64,000 bases of DNA from the NCBI RefSeq assembly GCF_000150275.1, contig NW_002060944.1, positions 6,609,102-6,673,101 on the forward strand. The letters run 5' to 3'. Of this stretch, positions 28,206 through 41,686 are shown piece by piece (position 1 is the first letter of the stretch; the number at the start of each line of letters is the position of its first letter). The translations under genes and the position numbers were made by a program. Below the pieces are notes generated by a model that was given only the letters and a program-made list of their open reading frames with translations, did no database searches and was not told where the DNA came from. Source of the stretch: Trichoplax adhaerens (lineage: Eukaryota; Animalia; Placozoa).

Positions 28206-28273
28206 AGAACTTCTAATATCCGGAGTCGTCTCCATATTAACCTATCCATATGACTCCGGATATTAGAGGTTCT
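28206..28273 (+). other. Long inverted repeat / hairpin (24-bp stem with two G-U pairs, 20-nt loop)
   Basis: agaacttctaatatccggagtcgt ... atgactccggatattagaggttct. Confidence 0.85.
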
Positions 28274-28278
28274 ACTTA

Positions 28279-29090
28279 GACACCTAGTTATCGTGAATTG
28301 CAAATGTATGAAATAAGCTACAGTCTATGAGTAGAAATTGTATGAAGCGATTGCTAGTCACTTTTCAAGTTAGTTTGGCTAATAAAAGTTGTAATTAGAA
28401 ATATAATTGACTTCGACACCTAGTTATCGTGAATTGCAAATGTAAATGAAATAAGCTACATTCTACGAGTAGAATTGTATGAAGCGATTGCTAGTCACTT
28501 TTCAAGTTAGTTTGGCTAATAAAAGTTGTAATTAGAAATATAATTGACTTCGACACCTAGTTATCGTGAATTGCAAATGTATGAAATAAGCTACAGTCTA
28601 CGAGTAGAAATTGTATGAAGCGATTGCTAGTCACTTTTCAAGTTAGTTTGGCTAATAAAAGTTGTAATTAGAAATATAATTGACTTCGACACCTAGTTAT
28701 CGTGAATTGCAAATGTATGAAATAAGCTACAGTCTACGAGTAGAAATTGTATGAAGCGATTGCTAGTCACTTTTCAAGTTCGTTTGGCTGATAAAAATTG
28801 TAATTAGAAATATAATTGACTTCGACACCTAGTTATCGTGAATTGCAAATGTATGAAATAAGCTACAGTCTACGAGTAGAAATTGTATGAAGCGATTGCT
28901 AGTCACTTTTCAAGTTAGTTTGGCTAATAAAAGTTATAATTAGAAATAGAATTGACTTCGACACCTAGTTATCGTGAATTGCAAAAGTATGCAATAAGCT
29001 ACAGTCTACGAGTAGAATTATATGAAGCAATTGCTAGTCACTTTTCAAGTTAGTCTGGCTAATAAAAGTTGTAATTAGAAATAGAATTGA
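28279..29090. repeat. Tandem array, 136-bp unit, 6 highly similar copies
   Basis: The unit gacacctagttatcgtgaattgcaaatg...aattgacttc starts at 28279, 28415, 28552, 28688, 28824 and 28960. Confidence 0.95.
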
Positions 29091-29637
29091 AATATAATCT
29101 AAATATAATAAAAGTTCTAAGTTGTAATTAGAAATATAATTGAATAATTTTGTTGATTTAATTACAGTATAATACTAGCCTAACTATGCACTTGAATTTT
29201 ATGCAAATTCAGCTCATTGATTTGATTCTATTGTATAGGAAATTTTCAAAAAATAATTTCTAATTCTGGAAATTAAATTGAATTAAATCCCAATTAAATC
29301 GCTACTTATTGTGATGGACAGCTAGAGGTATCGACCAGTCCATGATTAGAAAACTGCAATAGTCCGTAAGCTGTACGTCCGCCTGTCTGTAGGATTGGAT
29401 GTAACTGTGTATAATGATGTCACCTCTGATCATTTTTTTGGCTACTGTATTACAGTAGACAGTAGGCATCCCTTTTGGCCACGTCCTGTTTAGCCATTAT
29501 TTTTGCTAACTCTCCTAACTGAGTAATGGTATACTATCAAAAGTAATGTCACCAATGATCCTGGATCCATTGCAGCCTTCACTCGGCTACAGTCCTTTTA
29601 GTCAACCACAATACTTTACACTGTAAGTGCCAAGCTG

Positions 29638-29850
29638 CAGTACGGTACGGTACTGGTCCGTGCTGTACCGGTACGGTACCGGAAGGGGAGGCAACATGGC
29701 TGGTCAGCCTACTTTCCCCTCGTCCATTTTCCATACTCAAGCTGTCAAGTGGAAGCACTGTATGGACACTATAGTCTATCCAGGCCAAGCCTCGATGGCG
29801 GCGCTGACTAATGCCGCTTGCTGCTTTGCTCTTCTCTATATAAAGAAAGC
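29638..29850 (+). promoter_or_regulatory. Putative cytohesin promoter (GTACG array, ETS-like CCGGAAG, YY1-like ATGGCGG, TATA box)
   Basis: gtacggtacggtactgg...gtaccggtacggtaccggaag at 29640-29685, gatggcggcg near 29794, and tatataaag at 29837-29845, about 440 bp upstream of the ATG at 30278. Confidence 0.45.
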
Positions 29851-30277
29851 GTGCTAATGGTTAGGAGAATATTGGAATAAATGATGTATATCCAGCGCAA
29901 ACTACTGTAAGGTAGAAAGATTAGGATCGATTTTTCACTAGAGAAGAAGTAGGCGTTAGTGGAAAGCATCGAAGAAGGAGAAGGAGAAGGAGTAGGATAA
30001 GGCCGTAGGTAGATCGCCAGACCGATGTGGTAGAGACAACGACGATTGGGTTATCACTATCGATTTTGTTGTTGAGATCGATTTTAGCTTTGGGGGAAAA
30101 TTGACTTGGATGGGATTACGCCTATGTTGCAGTGAACAGCTTAGCAAGATCTGGAGTAGCTTTCTTGTCGGCTGATTGGGATCGTATTCTACCATCGTTG
30201 GTGTTGCTTGTCTCATTTTCTCATCATTCTATTGGACTTGATCGTTTTTCCTCCATCATTCTGACTTCATTAGCGAG

Positions 30278-33200
30278 ATGACGGAGACCGTAACCGTGGT
30301 AACTACAGCCGTCAACGGCGATTCGCAACGAGTTTTAGGCAAGTACTGCATAAACTTCATCAAGGAAAGAAATCAACAACCCTAATCAGCTTTTGATCAT
30401 CATCCTAGACTAACTTACCTTTAGTCAACTTGTTCTAGCGGATGCTTACGATCATCAGTGATAGTAGAAGTAGTGGAAGAGTCATTTTGATAAAACAAGT
30501 TGGCCAAGTCTAGCAGTCTCATTCCATTCGTATTGCATTGGATCGTACTGTTAACAGTCTTCTTTTAATCAAGGTTGATTTCTCGTCTACAAATTGAATT
30601 AATGAAGTCGACTACCTTACTGTAGGTTAAACATGCCTTGATGACTGCCAAGGGGCGGTATGGATCAAGGAAAATAGCTTATCAAAAGTCCAACGATCTT
30701 TTTTTATTAGTTACTGGATTGTATTTGATCGTACTTTGTCTTCGTTTAATGAGGATTCATTTCTCGCCTACAAATTAAATTGAGTTAAGTAATAGACTAG
30801 CATGCCTTCGTAATCTGTTTAGACAGTGGCATAGGCATTCCTTGATGAGTGCCAAGAGTAGGAGAAGAGTTGTTTTTCTTCATCAAAATAAGTTGTCAAA
30901 GTCCAGCCATCTCATTCTATTTGTATTGGATTGCATTTTATCCTATTTTCGTCTTTCTTTCATGAACCTTGATTTCTCGTCCTATAAACTAAATGGATAA
31001 CGTAGACATGCCTTACTCTAGGATAGGCATTCCATGATGAATGCCTATCCTAGCAATGATGGAGAAAACAAGTTGTTCAATATTGAACCTTCTTATTAGA
31101 TTAGGATTTCATTGCATTTTGTCATCGTACTTTCGCCTTTGTTTGATTAGGATTGATAGCTCACCTATATGTTGAATTGAATTTATAAAGTAGCCGACTA
31201 CAGTAACATAGACATTCCTTGATGAATGCCAAGGAGTCGTGGAACTGTGTGTATTGATGAAGAAAAAACAAGTTGTCAAAGTCCAACGAACTCATTCCAT
31301 TCGTATTGGATTGCATTTTGTCGTACTTTCGCCTTCGTTTAATTCAGGTTGATTTCTCGTCTATAAATTACATTTATAAAGTAGTAGACGAATATGCCTT
31401 CGTAATCTGCTTTACAGTAGCATAGGTATTGCTTGATCAGTGCCAAAGAGTAGTGAAAGAGTTGTATTGATGAAGAAAAACAAGTTGTCAAAGTCCTACA
31501 ATCTCATTCGATTAATAACATGACATTAAAGAGGCAATTTATAATACAGTTCTTTCGTCTTCGTTAAAGGTTAATTTCTCGACTATATAGTTGAATTTAT
31601 AAAGTAATAGTAGACTAATATGCCTTAGTAAACGCGTTTTAGCTTATGGATATCACGATCACGGTCAGGTAGAGTGGAAGAATGGTATTGATAAAGAAAG
31701 AGACGTAGTCAAAATCTAGCCATTTCAAGCAAGTTAAAGAGGCATTGAGTTGTACTTTTGCCTCCGTGATTTCTTGCCTACAAATTGAATTTTTAAATTA
31801 GCAGATTAACATGCCTTAGTGAACTAGTCATAGCTAATATATGCAACGATCAATATCAACCGATCATTATTAGATTTGAAGAGTCATTTTGGAATACTTT
31901 TATCTTCACTTACGTTGATTTTTCGTCTCCTAATTGAAGTAATGAAGTAGTAGACTAGCTTAGCTTAGTTGACTTGCAATAATTGATCTATTCATATCAT
32001 CAATACTTTAGAGAAGACTAGAAATAGTTATAGCTATTGATAGAAAAAAGGACGTTGTGAAGGTCTAGCAATCTCGTCTGGTTGTTATTGAATTGAGGAG
32101 ACATTGAGTACTATATTCGTTCTCTACTTGGATTGAGTTCTCCTTTTATAAAATTGAATTGAAAATTGGAGTTAAAACGATATTAACAGTAACTCTCCAA
32201 TCGTGATTATAAAGTGACTCTGGTACCTCGTAAATAGAAATACTAATGGACGATAATCGTTATGATGTTCATCGTTGGCAATTTATTATTATGGAGATCG
32301 ATACTATATAGTAGAGGATAAATGTCTAGAGTCTAGTGATGGTTTTAATGTATCTGATATCAGCTACTTATTCAATTTGGTTATTCAAACACTTGTGTTA
32401 GTATTTTTTCTCTCATTTTTTGTACCCCTTTCGCTTAGTCATAACTTCAGTTATCTTCTCGTCAAGATTTCAGTCGATTCTTGAATAGTTTGTTTCCCCT
32501 TAATACAGATTTTCAATAGATGGGTCGTAAATCAGAATAGAAGGAGTGGTAAACTAGAAGTCAGGATAAGTTAGTCTACTGTCGAAATAGAAGAAGGATC
32601 ATGTTGATTCTGAGGGAAAAAATGGCGTGCGTGTAGTTCAACTTAATTTCTTTGTCAATACTTGTTATTTAAAGCTGTTATCAATTCATTGTTCGATTTT
32701 ATTTATATTATCATTATTTTCCTATTTATACAACATGTAGAATTAGATGACAAGGATAAGAGATTGTTAGAACATATTCACAAATTAAAGGCTAAATTAG
32801 AGAAAGAAATTCAGGTAAGATTCCATGATTATTTTCCCACTGTGTATTGACCGATTGATTTGCGTTATAGTCATATCAAAGTAGTTTTGATTTGGTCATT
32901 TTTACCGATTGGTGTAATCGCCTTTTTGTTTAAGATACTTGTGTACGATATTATATCCCTAATTTCGGATAGACTGTATTCACTACCATGGACTACTCAA
33001 TCTACGTAGTGGTCTTATGTCGCAATTTATTATTACGTTGATTACAGTAGTGTATATTTAGTTTTCGTTGCTATTCGAAACAGCACTAGCTATCTTGATT
33101 GAAGATTGTTATCGTAAAGAAAGGCAACTATCTTAAGAATTTCATTGATTAATTTAGTAACACTATCGTACACATGGAATGCGTTAACACATGCATAAGT

Positions 33201-36200
33201 TACAGTATAACTTTGGAAATATGGGTTACAGACGTAATATTGTTTACTGCTACTTTATTGACTGTGAATCTTTATTAAAGTTATTATTGATCGTATTTAT
33301 TATAGCATTACAGTCATCAAAGATACAACGGTAAAATTTCGATCTATTAAACAATTAACTAGCATCTACTTGGATGCATCAAGGATAAGTTAAATGGCCA
33401 GTTTAGATTCCAATAGGAATACAATCGTTTCTGTAATTTCAGTTGTATTGAAAGATGCAATAATTAGGGTAATCTACAGTAGGATATATTCGACTTAAAA
33501 TGTCATCTATGCTCGCTTTCGAAGTTAATTTGTAATAGTATTAAGGAATTGACAAAATATTTTCAAAATATTATTTATCTGTATATTAGTTAAAAAGAGA
33601 TTTAAATAGACATAATCAGCTATCTAGAACACTTAAACCATCATCTAAAAAATAGGTGTAATTCAATTTTATATACTGAATGTCACGGGAACTGGACAAT
33701 TCTATTTGTTGGCAATATAGTTGCTACTTTAGCTGTTATGGAGTCGTGAAAAAAATACTTCTTTTATGCATGTTATTTGCTTAGGGCATAATCTCAGTTC
33801 GAGTTAAAATAAGGGGACCAAATTTTTATTCTATCTATGTATAGAAGAGAATAACATCCGTGTTCAAGATAGCTATTGAGATCATTGGTTAAAATACATA
33901 GCAAATCCTTGCTGCACAGTTTAATCGAGATTCGAAACCTGAATGCTCTAGAAGCATACCATTTTAAAACCATTTTAAAACCATTTTATAAATGCATGTC
34001 TTGAGTATGGCCATTTCTTAGATAGCTGTCTTCCTCTTCTTCTTCTATTGTCTATTCACAACCGAAAATAAAAGATTTTTTTTTTACGTTTAAATTCTTT
34101 TCATACTACAAGTATTGCTTTGAATGTTATTCTTTGCTAACAACAGCAATTTTACTATACAATCGTTAATGGCACTTTCAATGTCGTACTTGGAAGTGAT
34201 TACAACATCATGCCTTCAAGTTTCAAAGTCCATTTCTCATTCGCTACCCTTGATAACATCGAACTAATTTACAAATCAGAAACTTTTTGAATTGACGTTA
34301 GTATGCTTGCAAGGCAATGGTAGAACCATGTTAGATGTTAATGAAACTGAAGTCAATTTAATTTTTCGCATGGATTCCAATGAAACTAGAATAGAAATAC
34401 AGCCTTTTTTTTGGTACATAGCGGAAGTGATTCACTCTATAAGGAGTATGAAAAATTATTTACCATCATCAAAGCATGAAGGACTGTTTATTTATAGTCG
34501 TCTATAAATTGAATGTAGGAAACTTTAAAAAATGAGTGTAAAGAGAAAAAAATGGATAAGTTTGTTATATTCTACTTTAAATCCTTTTAACATGGTGCGA
34601 TTAAATTAAATTATTCTATAAGGAGTATAAAAAATTATTTACCATCATCAAAGCATGGAGGACTATTTATTTGTAGTCACCTGCAAATTGAATACAGGAA
34701 ACTTTAAAAAATGAGCGTAAAGAAAAAATAATGATTGGTTGTTATATTCTCCTTTAAATTTTTTAACATGGTGCGATTAAATTGAATTATTTACCTATAG
34801 AACTCCTATATCGCTTTATTGGCGTTGCTAATTAATGAAAATAGTAATATAGAATTGATATGATTTTACAAAGCTTCACTTGTTACGTCTTAACTAATGT
34901 TAATTAAGGTGTGTTGCACCTGTTTTACACATGATAAATTTAAATGTCCTCCAACAGCCAGCAGCAATCTAATTGCTGTAATCATGATAGCTATAGATGC
35001 TAAAAAATTAAAGTCTAACTTGGACGCAATAACATTTAACCCCTCTAAATCGTACTCATCATTCGATATAATATCATCTTTACAATGACAAGTGCATTAA
35101 TCCAATAGTTTAGTTAATATTAAAAATAGGCGTCCATCACTAGAAAGGAATTAATTTAAGATTACACTTTTCAGATCGTCCTTTGAGTGTCGATCAATAC
35201 CCATACGTTTAGGATTTTCTTTGCTTTTTTTCATACTTGTGAGCTTATCTTGGAGTATCGAACAGATCATGCACATTTTGAATTTATAACTTTTATTGTG
35301 CTTTACTGGTTTCCTTTATGACTGTATGGTTAGTACATTTATAGAATTCAATGTAGTAAATTAAAATAGATGAGATCCATTTATCGTACTAGTGTTGTAC
35401 ATATAGCGGTATTTAATTGAATGATATTTAATTAACGGAAATATGGATATTGAATGATACATGTGAGCAGTTATTAGCCTGCGTTCGATTTATCTTATAC
35501 TTGTATAATTTCTTGTAAATTCTTTACTGAACCACTATTTTTTAGTACAAAAATTCAACATTAACCATTTTGTGTCATCACTTACAAGCAATGATAACCT
35601 GTGCATGAATAGAATTACTTCTAATGATATTTCTTAATCAATACTACTTACTCTGTATCTAGCGGTATTCTTTTCGCTATCTTCTACTGAATTGAACTAA
35701 CCCATATAAAGTTTTAAAAAACGATTAAATTACGTGACCGATTCGTTTACACTAGTTATATCTGTTTGATATAGTTTATTAGAATTAGTTGTACTATTCC
35801 CTGATATTGGAATAAATTTTATTGAATAAGAATTTTCACATTTCTAAAATCAAGTTGACTGTGGCTCATTATTCATGGGTACCAAGGCTAATGACTACCC
35901 ATTCTGGTATTTAGCTGTGCTTTATAAAGTTTGTCTATTATCTTTTCATTCAAAAAATAGGATCTTAAAAATGATATCTCCGAACTTACGAAAGATATGG
36001 AGGTATTGGAAGCTACTTTTACGGAAAGGTATGCCAAATATCATGCAGTATATGAGTCAATGTAGGAAAATTCAATTTATAGTGAATAACCTTACTATTA
36101 TTAAGAATATTAACGGATTATCGAATTCGGTCACTCACCTACAGTGATAGTAAAAATAGTGCAAGAGCAAGTGAATTACACATTGGAAGGAAAAAATTTA

Positions 36201-38485
36201 ATATGTCAGCACCGAAGGTAATCCCAACAAATTAGTTGGCCATGTTATAGAAATGTTATTTTGGCCAAGTTCTAGTGAATTAATTGTTATTGGGTGACTT
36301 TTTAAAAGTCAGAAAGATTTGATATCGTAATGGCTATATTAATACATAATAATTGATACTAATATGAAATCGGTATATACACGTAGGGTATCGATTATTT
36401 AGAATCTGTTGGATTATTAAATCATACCTGTCAAGATATTGCGCAGTTTTTAAGTAAAATGGAGGGCCTTAGTAAAATACAGATTGGAGAGTATTTGGGA
36501 GAGAAGTAAGTTACTATCGGTCATACTGTATATTGTAAATATTAACTTAACGGAATTACTCACAGCGATATAATTTCATTGTTTTATCTATATTATCTAG
36601 TTGTAAAGAATCTGTCATACTGACAGTAGTACATTATTATTATTATATTATTATTATAGCAAAGAATTCAACTTAAAAGTTCTGAATGAATTTGTTCGTA
36701 TACATGTCTTTTCGAATTTGTCCTTGGTAGATGCATTAAGGTTAGTTAACATTTGTCAAGGGATTTATATGTGACAGTTTTATTGTACTGTTTGGTGAAG
36801 AAATTTCTGTTATCTTTAAATCTAACTACTTCTCGTAGGCAATTATTGGCTAGCTTTCGTCTACCTGGGGAAGCTCAAAAGATTGATAGAATGATGGAAT
36901 GCTTCGCCCAGCATTATTGTACTAGTAATCCTGGCGTATTTACAAATTCTGGTAGGAACTATCAAAATTAAAATTTTAAAAATAGCCTCTTTTATGTATT
37001 ATTGCCATATGTAATAAAAGTACTATATATAATAAAGCAAATTAAATCTATCAGTTACTCTGGTTGCTGTCGTAATTATTAATCTATCACCTTCAATCTC
37101 TTATAGACACTTGTTATGTAGTGTCCTTCTCACTAATTATGCTCAATACGACCTTGCATAATCCAAGTGTCAAAGAAAAGGTAGGGGACATTTTATGACG
37201 TTATTAATCTATACATTTATCATTTTCAACGCGTCCCGAGAGCTTTATTGTCAACATTTTATTAATTCCTGTTCACTGTACTAGACGACACTTGAGCAAT
37301 TTATTTCTATGAATCGTGGTATCAATAACGGTGGCGATCTTCCCAGAGAGCTATTAGTCGTAAGTTTACGTTCTATTACTGTGATTAAAGAACCACTATT
37401 TAAAAACAGTTGGAATCTGTACAAGAATTTATTGTTTGGTTTCATTAAAATTAGACTTTGTTTGAAGATATTAAAAGTAAACCATTTAAAATACCAGAAG
37501 ATGACGGAAGTGATTTAACTTATACGTTTTTTAACCCTGATCGAGAGGGTTGGCTTGTGAAAGAAGGTACTTTTACGTTCTGTCATTCATAAATAAATTT
37601 CTACTATTTTTTGTTCTTAAATAAAACTAATGTAAGCAATAAGTCTATTTTAATGGCATATATCTTTTCTACTGCTAACTATCTTTATAGGTGGTAATTA
37701 TAAGTCATGGAGGCGTAGATGGTTTATTTTAACGGATAATTGCCTATATTATTTTCGAAATACAACGGTAAGGAGCCGCGCAAGTAATAAATATATTTCT
37801 GTAATACTAGATGTACTAGTAATCAAGCAAGTAGCTCCAGTATTGAATTAATTTAGACAATCGGTGATAATGATGAAAAAATTTTTCCCTACTTTGTATA
37901 ATATTGATTGTATTATACGGATATCGTTTATATTTCAGGATAAAGAACCACGCGGTATTATACCTTTAGAGAATCTAAATGTTCGCGATTGTCCGGATTC
38001 TAAGCGCCCCGTAAGTAAATAAAATATTTATTTTCGTAAATTTACTACAATGTTCAATGTTATCCCATACTAAATTAATGTTATTATTTTAGTTCTGTTT
38101 TGAAATTTTTTCCTCGGGGGTTATTAAGGCTTGCAAAACTGATTCTGATGGTCGTGTTGTAGAGGGTATGTGATTCAACTGTTTCTAATACAGAATTTCC
38201 GTTGTTGACTATTTTCTTGACAGTCTATATCTTGATGATATTGTAGGTAATCATAGTGTTTATCGTATTGCTGCTTCGAATGTTACTGAAAAAGATGAGT
38301 GGATGAAATCTATTCAGTAAGTAACGAATAAAGCGCATAAATAATAAAACCAAAATGAAATAAGATTATACTAATAAGCACTAAAATAATCTTTTTTTCA
38401 CTACTATATTAGAGCTAGTATTAGTAATGATCCATTTTATGAAAAATTGCGTGCTAGAAAAAAGAAGGCTTCTAATGCATCTTAA
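30278..38485 (+). CDS. CYTH: Cytohesin (ARNO/GRP1 family Arf GEF: coiled coil + Sec7 + PH + polybasic tail)
   Basis: [36 protein letters not shown] (glutamic finger), [70 protein letters not shown]. The first coding exon (30278-30338) requires a GC-AG intron. Paralog number cannot be assigned. Confidence 0.93.
30470..32170. repeat. Degenerate tandem array, ~190-230-bp unit, about 8 copies, in cytohesin intron 1
   Basis: Recurring anchors aaacaagttgtcaaa.gtc.a.c, gatttctcgtcta.aaatt.aatt and acatgcctt at about 30497, 30679, 30890, 31070, 31270, 31482, 31705 and 32052. Confidence 0.75.
34435..34790. repeat. Tandem duplication, ~179-bp unit, 2 copies (cytohesin intron 2)
   Basis: tctataaggagtat.aaaaattatttaccatcatcaaagcatg...ttaacatggtgcgattaaatt occurs twice. 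Confidence 0.88.
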
Positions 38486-40149
38486 AGTCATGGCCTTGCT
38501 AACAATTTTAGTCATACGCTCTCAATAATTTGATTGTATCTTAAAAAAGTTTATTCTGTGGATGTAACAGTATCATCTGCATGCGTGTGATAATACTCTT
38601 ACTTCAGCGTGTGCGTGATAGGAAAAAAATTGGCACATTTTCATGCTCGATTATATAGCAATTACTGTCAACCGTTAACCGCCTTATAGTTAATCACATA
38701 GAAAATAATCTTGTAGTTTTAATACTATTATATCTGATTGGTTCTATTTATAAGCTGTAAGTTTGACCATTCGTTGTCGATTTATCTATACAATTGTAGT
38801 TGATCGACTTGTGCTACTGGTTGTTTCTATAGTTATGTAAAATATTGCTATTATATTCCATAATTAATTGCCGTGGTCATATTAATTTTTCGTAATTTTG
38901 CAAATCCTGCTTTATACTTTACCCTTCAGAATTCGTTAATTATTGGATATTATTTGCTGCAACTATTGGCATCTTTACCAAATTTTTTTAAAATTTCGTT
39001 TCGTTTTGTATTTCACTTGGAACAGTATTTATCAGCAAATATTAACAAGGTAGTAATAGTAATTATGATAGATCAAGTCATGTTACTGTTGCTGAGTGTT
39101 GCTATAATTGATGGCAGCCATTACAAATTTATGAACAGATTTTTTCGATACTTATTGGTTAATAACTGGTCTCTAATTTGATTAATCCTATTGAAAAATT
39201 TCTATTACAACGGTTACATTTTTCTTGATTTCACTCTGAACGATTTAAATGAATTATGTAAACGGATATTGTAAATTTTGGTTTATTATTGTAATTATAG
39301 ACTGTACAGTATTAGCGATACAGTTAATAGATGTAGCTTGAATATTTGAAATTTAATGAAACATTGTTCTTCGATTCTCCGATTTTATACTGAGATATTT
39401 TATCTGATGATAGTGCTAATAAATGAATGTTTTTATTTACACTAATATTATACTGTCTTAGCAATCTGTTATTAGCTGCAAGTAACAAATTTATTGAAAT
39501 TTTCCTGAATAAAACGGTATCTTTTTGTTGATTTTAACACAATTATGGAATTGAAATGGGTATTAGGTTTTATAAGGTAATGAGAAATAATAAATAATAG
39601 CAACTTCGCATGTGTGAGGTGAAAAGGGATTCTTTTGGTAATAACATTTTTTAGCAATTTTCAAACAGTCATCTACAGTATACTGTACGAGTTGGAAGTA
39701 ATGGACTTGGGTTAGTGTTGCGTATGTAAACAAAACATGTAATATTAGCAAAATATTTAATTTGAGATGTTGTAAAAATAAAAATTGGGAACTACAGTAT
39801 CATTACCCGTAAATATATTGGTAAATATACTGTATACTTCATTTAAGCAGTTAAGCAGTAGATAGAAAGACGCAAGGCATACTGCTTTATAAAATGATAA
39901 TTGCTTAAAAGGATATATTATGTATGATTTGCTGGTAAGGTCTGTAGTTCTATCGGCTTGGCCCTCTTTGGATGTTACAAAGGAATGGATTGATAGCTAA
40001 TCTATGATTGCTTTATTGGATCGTAGATCGCGATAAAGTTGATCGGTAACATAGCACTGGCGTCACGATAGCATGGATGATTTTAAATTTCGCGGTGGCA
40101 TTTTTTTGTTAATTAAGGAACTGCGCTCCTCTTTACTGTTCTATTAAAA

Positions 40150-40725
40150 ATGCATGGAGTACTAAATCTACGCATTTAGGTATGCTGCACTAGTATTTCT
40201 TGTTGCTAATTCATTGCCGCAGTCCGCAACCGATGTTGGATTTGGTGATGGTATTTTTACGGAATTGTACACCTGTCTACAGCCTAAGTAAAAAATGCTG
40301 ATGAATCAATGATCCATGCAGGGCTGCTTTAAAATCCCTTACCCAGAAAACGTTATTTGCATGGAATACTAAATCTATACGTCCAATTCGTTATACTGTA
40401 CTGTGGTAGTGTCGACTATCGACTGTTGGTCATTAAGTCAATACACTGTTAACAGTGCGTGACTAATTTTCGATTTGGTGATGGTATTTTTCTTTTTTGG
40501 ATTAGAAGATTCGTACTCCTCGTTCTTGCCTTGTGTAAAAGATTCTATACGTTCAATTCGTTATACTATACTGTGGTAGTATCGACTATCGACTGTTGGT
40601 CATGAATTAAGTTAAATACACTGTTAACAGTGCGTGACTAATTTTCGATTTGGTGATGGTCTTTTTCTTTTTTGGATTAGAAGATTCGTTCTCCTCGTTA
40701 TTGCCTTGTGTAAAAGATTCTATGT
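40150..40725. repeat. Tandem duplication, ~170-bp unit, 2 close copies plus an older diverged copy
   Basis: tctatacgt.caattcgttatact.tactgtggtagt.tcgactatcgactgttggtcat at 40374 and 40544; tttggtgatggtatttt is also present near 40240. Confidence 0.82.
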
Positions 40726-41686
40726 ACTTACACCATAGGTCTGTCATTAATAATAAGATTACAAGCAATGTTAACTTGTCTTGAAAAGACTGATTGCCTC
40801 TTGCGATAGCAATTGCAGTTCTGCATACCTGTGTAAAACAGATGTCGAAAATTGAATTGGCAATTTACGTTATAGTCTACAGCCTTGACATAATTTCAAC
40901 GACATCTTTTTAACACATTTTTCGATGTCAATATCTCATATTGTACATGCACAAGCGATTGCCATTACACTAAACGATTCGCCTGTACCATCGCCACATC
41001 TCCCATACTTTGGGATAGTTATAGCTTAGCGATATCATGAATTAAGACGGTAAACTCAGGATTAAATATAGTTCTACCTTCAGCAGACAATACTAGCAAA
41101 ACGTTGCAATAGTGTTCTTGTTGCATGGTAACGCACCGAGCTCTAGGCAACTGCATAACACGTTAGGCATAATAATGGACTGTCATGTTGTGCTATTAGC
41201 ATAAAATTCCTCTTGACTTATGATAATTAATTAACCTTAATATTATTCACGACTTTGACCTCCATTTTACTGTCAACATCATACTAATTGGCATTTTATA
41301 GCTTATGACCTCACTTGGTCTATTTGTTTATACAGTGTTAGCGTTCGCGTTAGGCTTAGGGTGTATAGTACTGATCGCGTACGTATAAATTCTCCAGGTA
41401 GAGATCAATACTTGCTGATAGTGGGATTAAGTTGGGCGTGCTTCTTTTTTGGGGGAGCATCTTTCTCGATCATCTAGCAATCCTGTGAAAGCGGTCATTT
41501 CAAGAGTAAATTCTACTCTACTCGTTGTGTACGTGTATATTCCTCTGCAGAAATGATATTAGATTACGTGGATGTAAAAATCGATAGATATTTTACGATT
41601 GAATTTCCTAATCTATTCTGTATCTTGATATGATTAGGCCTTAAGAATTTCTCCTCACCAAACTACTAGTACCGTGCGAACACGAT

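Noticed and set aside
38873-39751. AT-rich ORFs downstream of cytohesin
   Set aside because: No ATG context or homology; composition fits 3'UTR or intergenic DNA.
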